Part shown: positions 40,958 to 49,915 of the stretch, in pieces
How the letters are laid out: each line of letters opens with the position of its first letter
Numbering within the stretch: the stretch's first letter is position 1
Source: an uncultured Clostridium sp.
GTDB taxonomy: Bacteria; Bacillota; Clostridia; Oscillospirales; CAG-272
Reading direction: 5' to 3'
Length of the DNA stretch: 61,663 nt
NCBI GenBank assembly: GCA_964526505.1
Contig: CAZGJC010000005.1
Location: forward strand, 1-61,663
The notes under the pieces: generated by a model
The model's database searches: none
The model's input: only the letters and a program-made list of their open reading frames with translations
What the model was told of the DNA's origin: nothing
Translations under genes and position numbers: made by a program

Positions 40958-40986
40958 AGTATATCATATCCAACTTGCAAAGTCAA
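40958..40986 (-). promoter_or_regulatory. sigma-A promoter for the TlpA lipoprotein
   Basis: TTGACT-17bp-TATACT with an extended TG. Confidence 0.8.
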
Positions 40987-41053
40987 CACTTAAATTGTTA
41001 AAATTTATAAACGCCTATGTTTACAAAATATACAAGATTTTTTTCGACACATA

Positions 41054-41062
41054 TGATATAAT
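41054..41062 (+). promoter_or_regulatory. extended -10 element for the protease-opp operon (no clear -35)
   Basis: TGATATAAT about 75 nt upstream of the protease ATG. Confidence 0.5.
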
Positions 41063-41135
41063 GTTGTTTATGTATAGTGGTATATTATGAATATTTATAC
41101 CATAATCCACACAAAGAAAGGTAAAAAAACAGATT

Positions 41136-44100
41136 ATGAAGCACAAAACCTTCAAAAGAATCGGTATATCCGTGGTTACAACGCTTCTTGTTCTGTCAAT
41201 GTCTCTTGCAATATGCATATCGACGTTTAAGGAAACCGCATCCGCAACATCCGACTCGTCGTCTTTCATATCGCAAATAAAACAGGAATTGAACACGAAC
41301 AAAGAAAAATACTACGACACATCGAAAGTTTATCAACTTCCAAGTACCGTAAAGGACACGGATGAAATATCCCTTATCGTAGAGGTTAAGCAAGACACCC
41401 TGCTTGATACATACAAGACACTCAGTACGAATATGAGTTTTTCCGAATACGCAGTAACCGATGAGGCGAACGCAATTCGAAACAACATAACAAAACTCAA
41501 AAACGAACTTCTCAACGATCTTGACAACACGGATATCAATTACACGACAGGTGCATCTTATTCTGCAATCATCAGTGCATTTGAAATAAAGATTCAAGCA
41601 TCGGACTTTGAAGAAACCTGCACTCTTTTCGGCGAGCGTGCAAATGTCATTGTAAGTGAAACCTACAATGCAGCCGAAACGCAAATCGTCGAAAACAACG
41701 TTAATGTATTTGACACAGGCATCTTCGACACAACAAATTTCAAGTATGACGGAACAGGAATGGTTGTAGCGGTTCTTGACACAGGTCTCGATTACAGCCA
41801 CACGGCTTTCTCACTTGCCAATTTCACAGCGAACAGAAGTCAACTCGGTCTTACCAAAGATAAAGTTGCCGCACTCTTGGCAAGTCACGACTTCGCTTCG
41901 GAAAGACTTTTCGACGGTCTTACCGTTGACGATGTTTATTACAACGAGAAAGTCCCATACCAATTCGACTATGCGGATTACGACAGTGACGTAATGCCCG
42001 TCAAGAGCAATCACGGAACACACGTTTCCGGCATTATAGCCGGTAAGGATGATACTATCACAGGCGTTGCCCCCAATGCTCAGTTGGTAGAAATGAAGAT
42101 ATTCTCCGATACATACGATACGGCAATATCATCTTGGATCCTCACTGCCCTTGAAGACTGTGTTTACCTCGGCGTGGACGTTATCAACATGTCTATCGGT
42201 ACAAGTTGCGGATACAGCCGTGAAAAAGATGCCGATGCGATGTCCGGAGTTTACGACAAGATACGTGACGCAGGCATAAGCCTCGTTGTTGCCGCATCCA
42301 ACAGTTATAACTCAACTTATGGTTCTGAAAAGAATGGAAACCTCGGTCTTACGTCTAATCCGGACAGTGCAACGGTAGGTTCCCCCTCGACTTATGAGAG
42401 TGCTCTTTCGGTTGCGTCCATCAGCGGAACCAAAACACCCTACTTCCTCTACAACGGAACAATTATGTATTTCTTGGAAGCCAATGATAAGGTTTCCAAA
42501 GAAAAGAGTTTCCTTGACGACATTCTACCGGACGGCGTTGATGAAATGGAATTTGAATACGTCACCATCCCCGGCGTCGGACGTGCTTCCGACTATTCAG
42601 GTCTTGATATGTCAGGCAAGATAGCCCTTGTTAAGCGTGGAGACACAACGTTCGAAGAAAAAGCAAACGCCGCACAAAAAGCAGGAGCGGCAGGTATTAT
42701 CATTTATAATAACGTCTCCGGCGAAATAAAATTAAGTGTCGGCGATGCAACGCTTGCCGTTTGTTCTATGAGTCAAGACGATGGTGAATTACTCGCCTCC
42801 GCTCAAACAGGAAAAATAAAAATCAGTCGTAATCAGATGTCGGGTCCGTTTATGTCTGACTACTCTTCTTGGGGTCCCACTCCCGATTTGAAGATTAAGC
42901 CCGAAATTACAGCACATGGCGGTTCTATTCTCTCTTCCGTTCAGGGTAATGCATACGAACGCATGTCGGGTACTTCCATGGCGTCTCCAAACATGGCAGG
43001 TGCCGTTACGTTACTTCGTCAGTATGTTATTAACAAATTCCCGTCGATTTCGGAGAACAAGACAGCCGTTGCAAGTACGGTAAATCGCTTGTTTATGTCT
43101 ACGGCGGATATCGTTATGAACACCAACGGACTTCCCTATTCAGTAAGAAAACAGGGTGCAGGACTTGCCAGCCTCGATAACGCAGCCAAAAGTAATGCAT
43201 ATATAATAACATATGATGAAAACGGTAACGCCATGGACAAGTCAAAAATTGAACTTGGCGATGATCCAAACAAAACCGGCGTATATACACTAAAATTCTC
43301 CGTTTACAATTTCGGTAGTGATACACTCACATATGACATTTACGCATATGTTATGACGGAAGGCGTAAGTGATACAGAAACAAGTCACGGTGATACAACA
43401 GTAACCGAAAAAGCCTATATTATTGATGGTGCAAAAATCGCAATCAGTTCAAATGCAGTTTCAAATGGCAACCTTTTAACTGTCGGTGCCGGACAAACCG
43501 CAGATGTAACCGTAACAATAACTCTCAGTGATGCTGATAAAACATACCTTGACGATTCATTTGCAAACGGTATGTATGTCGAAGGATTTATTTGCCTTGA
43601 TGCAAAAGAAGAAAATTCCGTAGATCTCAGTGTTCCTTACCTTGCATTCTATGGCGACTGGACAGTTGCTCCTCTTTTCGATATCGACTACTTCGAAACA
43701 AGCAAAGATGAACTTGACGACTCTATCAGTACTCTTGATAAAACTCTCGCAGATGCTTATGCATCACGTCCGATAGGCGGACTCAGCGGTGACTATATCA
43801 GTTACCTCGGTTCTTACTACTTCCAGCAAAACCCCAGTGCAACTCCGATATCCGCAGACAGAAAGTATATATCTATTTCAAATCAAGAGGATACCGTAAG
43901 TTCATTACGTTTCCTCTGGATGGGTATGTTGCGTAACGCAGGTAAAATTGACATTACAATAACCGATGACACAACCGGCGAGGTTGTATTTGAACGAACC
44001 GAAGATCAGATACGTAAATCGTATGGTGACGGCGGTTCGATATATCCCGCAAGCGTGGAAATCGAATTTGACGCAGTAAAAGAAAATTTGAAGAATAATA

Positions 44101-47100
44101 CATCCTATACCGTAAGAGTTCAAGGATATCTCGACGATGGAAACGATGACTATAATGACGGTGGAAACGGTTTGGAGACAAACCTCAACAACGTTTTTGA
44201 ATTTCCTCTTGTTGCAGACTTTGAAGCCCCTGCCGTAACAGGTTGTGAATTCTACACTGAATACGATAAAACAGCAAAGAAAAACAGACTTTATGCAAAG
44301 ATTGCGGTATATGATAACCATTACGCAATGTCAATGCAAGTCGGATATATAAGAAATGATTCAACAGAAGGTCTTATCCTTGAATCATTTGATGAATATC
44401 TCACACCAATATATTCCGAAGCAAACTCAACGTCTTACGTTGTGTATGAATTAACAGATTATATAAACGAAATCAAAAAATCATACAATAAGAACTCCTT
44501 TACAGTTGCTTGTTACGACTACGCACTCAACCTCGCATCATATGAAATTGCCCTTCCAGACGATTTCATAGATCTCTATTTTGAGGAAGAAGAAGTTGTA
44601 CTCAGCCCCAACGAAGTTTATGATTTAAATCCTCTTATTTACCCCAACACAGAATGGCCCGAACTTCTTGAATATCAGGTTTCACAGCCATCTTCAAGGG
44701 TCGGTGCGGCAGTTATAAACAATAAACTCATAGCATATAACCCCGGTACGTATATCGTCACGGCAACATCGCCCTCGGACTCCACTAAAATCGCTTCGTT
44801 TAAACTAACAGTCCTCGGTGAAAATGACCCCGGATACATAAAATACGATAAAGTTGTCACCGATAATTTCTATTTAACGGGTTATTACGTTAATAAAGCC
44901 TTCTATATATTAGATTCATCAGAGCGTGAAATAGGTACGGACGGCGAAGATATGATATTTGCCGGAAGCAGTTATTCGCTGAAAATGTATCCGTCAGAGT
45001 CAATTACGTTAAAGTACAGACTTGACGCATACTACCCTGACAACACCGAGGTTGTGTTTACTTCGAGTAACGATTCAATAGTAACCGTTTCCGATGACGG
45101 AACAATTGTTGCAATTGCCGAAGGTTACGCTTCAATAGCAGTTAACGTTATGCTTGATGGCGAGAGTACTTACTATTCTCAATCAGTCAGCATAGAAGTT
45201 CAAAATCCTTTCATTAACTCCGGACCGTATCTGTCACACTATTACGGTAACGGCGGAACAGTTGAATTCCCGGATGATCTTTCAATCACCGCTATAAACG
45301 CATTTGCGTTCTCAAACTACAATTACGTAGCAAAAGACACAAGTGCCGGTGATGTCATAAATGAAGACTTCCCTGATACAACAAAACAGTGGTTTATAGG
45401 TGATACAACAATTGAGAAAGTCATCATTCCTTACGGTGTTGAAAGTATAGGCAACTATGCTTTCGCAGGACTTACTTCACTCAAAGAAGTCGTATTCCCG
45501 TCCACGCTTACTACAATAGACCAAGGTGCATTCTACGGTTGTACTTCTCTTAAAACAATTTCGTTTATGGACGAAAACGGAAACATTACGACCGGCAACG
45601 GATTGCGTGCGGTTAAACTCATAAACCAGGACGCATTCTTAAACACAGCCCTCACGGGCAGTTATACCTTTGACAGCATCGTCTCAATTTCAAACTCTGC
45701 ATTCAAAGGCAACACAAAACTATCCGAAATCACACTCGGCGAATATGCGGTGTCGGTAGGAAGCAATGCGTTCTCCGGCAACACATCTTTAAAATCCGTC
45801 ACAATCAAATCAGATAAAATAAAACTCGGAGCCTATGCATTCTCCGATTGCACTTCTCTCACATCAATGTCATTTGACGCAGATGTAATCCCAACGGGAT
45901 TGTTCAGCGGTGCAACCAATCTTACTACCGTAAACCTCGGTGCCAGTGTTTCCACAATTCGTGAATATGCATTTGCAGGCACAAAGGTAAATAATATCAC
46001 GGTTGACAGTGCAAATACATCCATAAAAGTCAGAAATAACTATCTGGTTAATTCTACCGGAGATACACTTATTCTTGCATTCCCATCTGTAAAAGGCGAC
46101 TTCTCACTCACCGATTCCAAAATCACGAAAATCGGTGCAGGTGCATTCTCAGGAAATACAAATATTACTTCAATCAGTGCACCGTACATCAAAAACGTTG
46201 ATAAATACGCTTTCTCGGGTTGTACAAAACTTAAAAGTGTAAAGACCGGCACCCTTGAAGAAATCGGTGATTATTCTTTCTACAACACAGCATTGACTGC
46301 TATTCCGTCGCTCGGAAAAATTTCGAACATCGGAAGCTACGCATTTGTGGGAACAAGAATATCCAATCTGAATATTCCCGACAATATGAATATCGGATCA
46401 TATGCGTTTGCTGAATGTATGTCACTTACAAATATTACAATTGGAAACAACGTTACAATTGGTGATTACGCTTTCAGTATGTCGGTAACGGGCAAATATT
46501 CCGTTGAAAAAGGCGATGACGGATATTACAGATACACTTTCGCATCTCCTATTCATTCGCTCACCATAGGCACAAACGCAAACGTCGGAGCCCACGCATT
46601 TGACGGTGCTCACGAACTTGAAACAGTTATCTTGGGTGCAGGTGCATCAATCGGCAACTATGCATTCTATAATAACAGCAGTCTCAGAAGAATTGATCTT
46701 TCAAAAGCAATTGCCATAGGTGAATATGCATTCTCGGGTGATGCTTACTATGTGTACACAGACAGTTCTTGCACAACTCCTCTCGTATCGGAAGACCGTA
46801 TGTCTTACATTTTTGCATACTATTCCGCAAAACTTGAAACAGTTGATCTCTCGTCAATAAAAACAGAGTTTGATGAAATTGACGAAGATACGGAAGAACC
46901 GATTTACAAGAATTTCGGAGCAAATGCTTTCTCGGGCTGTAAAAATCTCACGTCCGTAATTCTCGGAGAAAACGTTAAGCACATTCCTCCCAGAGCTTTC
47001 ATACTCTGTTCAAACCTTGAAACAATAAATCTCGAAAACGTTGAAACCATTGCAACAAACGCATTTTCCAAGAGTGGTATTACAAGTGCAGATCTTTCAT

Positions 47101-48605
47101 CCGCTCAGGAAATCGGAAGTTACGCTTTCTCGTACTGTGATTCCCTCACAAATGTTAAATTCAACACAAACGGCGTTTCGATTGATGAAGGTGCATTTGC
47201 ATATGCTTCCAATCTCAACAATGTAAGTGGAATGAACAATGTAAAGTTATTCGGTGACCATGCATTTGCATACAACGCAATAACAGAAGCGGACCTCACA
47301 GGTGCAACCGAACTCGGTTCCGAAGTATTCATAAAAGAAGAGGCAACGAACTTCAATGTGATTTTCGGAACAAATATCACCGTTCTCGGAGATAATCCGT
47401 TTGCACATTGTGTCATTAAACCCTTCTCGACAACAGAAACAATTACCTTCAATGGAATAAATTACGATGTTCCCTCTTATACGTTTGATATAAACGATAA
47501 AGTCAAGGTAATTGACGGATCGCTTTATTACACGGTTCCTAACGGTCTTGAACTTATAACGTTTGCAGGAAACACCGAAACAGTTCACGTTGCTGAAAAT
47601 ACAGTGAGAATTTCCGCTTATGCATTTGCAAGTTCTAACGTTAAAAACGTAATCCTCCCGTACACCGTAAAAGCAATAGGACACAAAGCGTTCTATGATT
47701 GCGATAATCTGAATATGATAACGTTTTCAAGTTATAACGCACCTATTCTTGAAGAGGAATACGACTATTCGTATTACGTAACTTATAACAATATCCCCGC
47801 AACCGGCGAATTCGGATTTACAGATGTAGACGGATCCGATATATACAAAGACGGTCTCGGAATAATACCATATTATATGTGGAACGTTGCAGGTATGCCC
47901 TCAAATATGTACTACGGAGCAAACTTTGTAGACTACATCGGTCACACCGAGAATCACAACAATATGGGTCACCTAATAATGATTAGACCTTCTAACGGTC
48001 AAAATTATGAAACGTTTATTTTAGGTCAGTATTTTGACAAGATAGTAGACGGTATGCTTGCAGCAGATGACGCAACGCTTGCGGTAATCAATGCAATAAA
48101 CGCTCTTCCCTCCAACGTATCACTCAATGATAAAGCACTTGTGGAAAACGCACGTGCATTGTACGATAACATCGCAACTATCGAACAACAGGCTCTTGTT
48201 ACAAATCTTTCGATACTTACAAATGCCGAAAGAAGAATTTCAGACCTTGAATATCTTGCAAATCAAGAAAACACCACGCCCGAAACTCCCACCGAAACTC
48301 CTTCGGAAGACTCAACTGAAGAAGCAACGGGCGATGTAAACAGCAATCGTGGTTCAACAAGCAAAACTGTAATTATTGTTTCCGTGTCAGCCACTGTTGC
48401 CGTAATCATCATTTTGATTATACTTGCCTTGATTAACAAAAACAAAAAAAATACTCCCCCAACGAACAATGCTTCGGACGGAGAGGAAAACGGCGACTCC
48501 ATTGATGAGTCAACAGATAATAACGACACTTCCGCAGAAAATGCGGAAGTGTCGGAAGAACAACAAACAAACGCAGGAGAAAATACAAATGAAGAAAACA
48601 ATTAA
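41136..48605 (+). CDS. cell-surface S8 serine protease (lactocepin/C5a-peptidase-like) with PA, Fn3-like, Ig-like and BspA-type LRR domains and a C-terminal TM anchor
   Basis: Signal peptide; intact triad VLDTG, HGTHVSG, GTSMASP; PA domain (GKIALVKRG..F.EK); YVEGF; many IG.YAF repeats; TM plus NKNKK and an acidic tail; no LPxTG. Confidence 0.93.
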   Translation: MKHKTFKRIGISVVTTLLVLSMSLAICISTFKETASATSDSSSFISQIKQELNTNKEKYYDTSKVYQLPSTVKDTDEISLIVEVKQDTLLDTYKTLSTNMSFSEYAVTDEANAIRNNITKLKNELLNDLDNTDINYTTGASYSAIISAFEIKIQASDFEETCTLFGERANVIVSETYNAAETQIVENNVNVFDTGIFDTTNFKYDGTGMVVAVLDTGLDYSHTAFSLANFTANRSQLGLTKDKVAALLASHDFASERLFDGLTVDDVYYNEKVPYQFDYADYDSDVMPVKSNHGTHVSGIIAGKDDTITGVAPNAQLVEMKIFSDTYDTAISSWILTALEDCVYLGVDVINMSIGTSCGYSREKDADAMSGVYDKIRDAGISLVVAASNSYNSTYGSEKNGNLGLTSNPDSATVGSPSTYESALSVASISGTKTPYFLYNGTIMYFLEANDKVSKEKSFLDDILPDGVDEMEFEYVTIPGVGRASDYSGLDMSGKIALVKRGDTTFEEKANAAQKAGAAGIIIYNNVSGEIKLSVGDATLAVCSMSQDDGELLASAQTGKIKISRNQMSGPFMSDYSSWGPTPDLKIKPEITAHGGSILSSVQGNAYERMSGTSMASPNMAGAVTLLRQYVINKFPSISENKTAVASTVNRLFMSTADIVMNTNGLPYSVRKQGAGLASLDNAAKSNAYIITYDENGNAMDKSKIELGDDPNKTGVYTLKFSVYNFGSDTLTYDIYAYVMTEGVSDTETSHGDTTVTEKAYIIDGAKIAISSNAVSNGNLLTVGAGQTADVTVTITLSDADKTYLDDSFANGMYVEGFICLDAKEENSVDLSVPYLAFYGDWTVAPLFDIDYFETSKDELDDSISTLDKTLADAYASRPIGGLSGDYISYLGSYYFQQNPSATPISADRKYISISNQEDTVSSLRFLWMGMLRNAGKIDITITDDTTGEVVFERTEDQIRKSYGDGGSIYPASVEIEFDAVKENLKNNTSYTVRVQGYLDDGNDDYNDGGNGLETNLNNVFEFPLVADFEAPAVTGCEFYTEYDKTAKKNRLYAKIAVYDNHYAMSMQVGYIRNDSTEGLILESFDEYLTPIYSEANSTSYVVYELTDYINEIKKSYNKNSFTVACYDYALNLASYEIALPDDFIDLYFEEEEVVLSPNEVYDLNPLIYPNTEWPELLEYQVSQPSSRVGAAVINNKLIAYNPGTYIVTATSPSDSTKIASFKLTVLGENDPGYIKYDKVVTDNFYLTGYYVNKAFYILDSSEREIGTDGEDMIFAGSSYSLKMYPSESITLKYRLDAYYPDNTEVVFTSSNDSIVTVSDDGTIVAIAEGYASIAVNVMLDGESTYYSQSVSIEVQNPFINSGPYLSHYYGNGGTVEFPDDLSITAINAFAFSNYNYVAKDTSAGDVINEDFPDTTKQWFIGDTTIEKVIIPYGVESIGNYAFAGLTSLKEVVFPSTLTTIDQGAFYGCTSLKTISFMDENGNITTGNGLRAVKLINQDAFLNTALTGSYTFDSIVSISNSAFKGNTKLSEITLGEYAVSVGSNAFSGNTSLKSVTIKSDKIKLGAYAFSDCTSLTSMSFDADVIPTGLFSGATNLTTVNLGASVSTIREYAFAGTKVNNITVDSANTSIKVRNNYLVNSTGDTLILAFPSVKGDFSLTDSKITKIGAGAFSGNTNITSISAPYIKNVDKYAFSGCTKLKSVKTGTLEEIGDYSFYNTALTAIPSLGKISNIGSYAFVGTRISNLNIPDNMNIGSYAFAECMSLTNITIGNNVTIGDYAFSMSVTGKYSVEKGDDGYYRYTFASPIHSLTIGTNANVGAHAFDGAHELETVILGAGASIGNYAFYNNSSLRRIDLSKAIAIGEYAFSGDAYYVYTDSSCTTPLVSEDRMSYIFAYYSAKLETVDLSSIKTEFDEIDEDTEEPIYKNFGANAFSGCKNLTSVILGENVKHIPPRAFILCSNLETINLENVETIATNAFSKSGITSADLSSAQEIGSYAFSYCDSLTNVKFNTNGVSIDEGAFAYASNLNNVSGMNNVKLFGDHAFAYNAITEADLTGATELGSEVFIKEEATNFNVIFGTNITVLGDNPFAHCVIKPFSTTETITFNGINYDVPSYTFDINDKVKVIDGSLYYTVPNGLELITFAGNTETVHVAENTVRISAYAFASSNVKNVILPYTVKAIGHKAFYDCDNLNMITFSSYNAPILEEEYDYSYYVTYNNIPATGEFGFTDVDGSDIYKDGLGIIPYYMWNVAGMPSNMYYGANFVDYIGHTENHNNMGHLIMIRPSNGQNYETFILGQYFDKIVDGMLAADDATLAVINAINALPSNVSLNDKALVENARALYDNIATIEQQALVTNLSILTNAERRISDLEYLANQENTTPETPTETPSEDSTEEATGDVNSNRGSTSKTVIIVSVSATVAVIIILIILALINKNKKNTPPTNNASDGEENGDSIDESTDNNDTSAENAEVSEEQQTNAGENTNEENN
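45400..47750 (+). repeat. BspA/TpLRR-type leucine-rich repeat arrays within the protease
   Basis: Many ~22-23 aa units of the form L..V.(I/L)....(S/E)IG.YAF..C, interrupted by short inserts; boundaries approximate. Confidence 0.85.
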
Positions 48606-49863
48606 AATTTCTGCACTTTTAGCAATACTTCTCCTTTCTGTTTTAATGATTGTTGCATGTTCTTCCGGAGATGCATATAAGAAAATCAACAAACAGGGCT
48701 ATAACGTCAGCGTTAAATTTGATATAGGCGACGGAATGTTTGCAGGACGAAGCGAACTTGTCTTGGTAGACGCTTTCAACCTTGATAACGAAAAAACAAA
48801 TGCAGACGGTAAAAAAGAAATAACCGTTATTGCTCCCGACAGTTCCCTGCGTGGCAGTGAGGCGTTTGAGGTTGCATACAGCGGACATTATTTCGTTGGT
48901 TGGTATCAAAACCGTCAAGAAATCAAGGACGCGGACGGCAACACGAGTTATACTTACAGTGGTCTGTGGGATTTTTCCAAAGATAAATTAACGCTTGATC
49001 CAAACGGAAGTTATTCGGCTGATGAACCGGTCCTGACGCTTTACGCCGCATGGGTTCCCTTGACCGATTTCGAAATATATATTCAAGATTCAAACGGACA
49101 GTTCGGTGATACACCGTACACAACAATTACGTCTTCGTCTCTTGAAATTCCCACATGGAACAAGAACACCGGAAAACTCAGCACAACAAATTTCCCCTCA
49201 TTCGAAGGAAAGACTTTCGACTCTGCATACTACGATATTGAATGCACACGGCCGATAACAGATTCTTCGATTCTCGGAAATATAAATTTCGAAAACGGAA
49301 CGTTGAATTCCGATACAGTCAAAGTTTATGTCAAAACACTTGAAGGTTCTTGGTATAAAATTTATACCGCCGAGGCCCTTGTAAAATTAAACGATAAAAA
49401 CGGAAACTATCAAATATGTGCAGATCTTGATTTTTCAAGCGTTGCGTGGAAAAACACAACGTTTGCAAAGGAAACGTTTGAAGGTACAATCTACACCGAC
49501 GGACAAGTACATAAATTTTCAAACATTTACGCATTCTATTCCAAAGAAAACAATGCAACATCCTATGGTGGACTGTTTAAGGCAATAGGCGAAAATGCGA
49601 CTATTAAAAATATTGAGTTTGAAAATATCACCTATACAATAAGTGAGGTATCAAACAAAACAAATCTTTTGCTCATCGGACTCTTTGCCGGAGAAGCAAA
49701 TGATAACGCAATTATTGAAAACGTAACTTTCACGGGTACAAATAAAGTAATTGTTAAAAACGATTGCCTCAAACAGGTGCAATTAAAGGAAATAAATTCT
49801 GTTTTCGGCAAAGGCGACGACAGAAATATTTCAAATGACAATTTTGAAACCGTAAACGATTAA
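48589..49863 (+). CDS. lipoprotein with InlB B-repeat/Flg_new-like segments and a C-terminal beta-helix-like domain
   Basis: Lipobox IVA-C; GHYFVGWY..WDF..LTLYAAW; IYTAEAL..Y....DLDF..GLF..IGENATIKNIEFEN; start at 48589 (AGGAG RBS) overlaps the protease 3' end. Confidence 0.75.
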   Translation: MKKTIKISALLAILLLSVLMIVACSSGDAYKKINKQGYNVSVKFDIGDGMFAGRSELVLVDAFNLDNEKTNADGKKEITVIAPDSSLRGSEAFEVAYSGHYFVGWYQNRQEIKDADGNTSYTYSGLWDFSKDKLTLDPNGSYSADEPVLTLYAAWVPLTDFEIYIQDSNGQFGDTPYTTITSSSLEIPTWNKNTGKLSTTNFPSFEGKTFDSAYYDIECTRPITDSSILGNINFENGTLNSDTVKVYVKTLEGSWYKIYTAEALVKLNDKNGNYQICADLDFSSVAWKNTTFAKETFEGTIYTDGQVHKFSNIYAFYSKENNATSYGGLFKAIGENATIKNIEFENITYTISEVSNKTNLLLIGLFAGEANDNAIIENVTFTGTNKVIVKNDCLKQVQLKEINSVFGKGDDRNISNDNFETVND

Positions 49864-49915
49864 CGGAACCAATTACAGGTTATTTTGTAAAATTTTTAGG
49901 AGGATATATATAACA

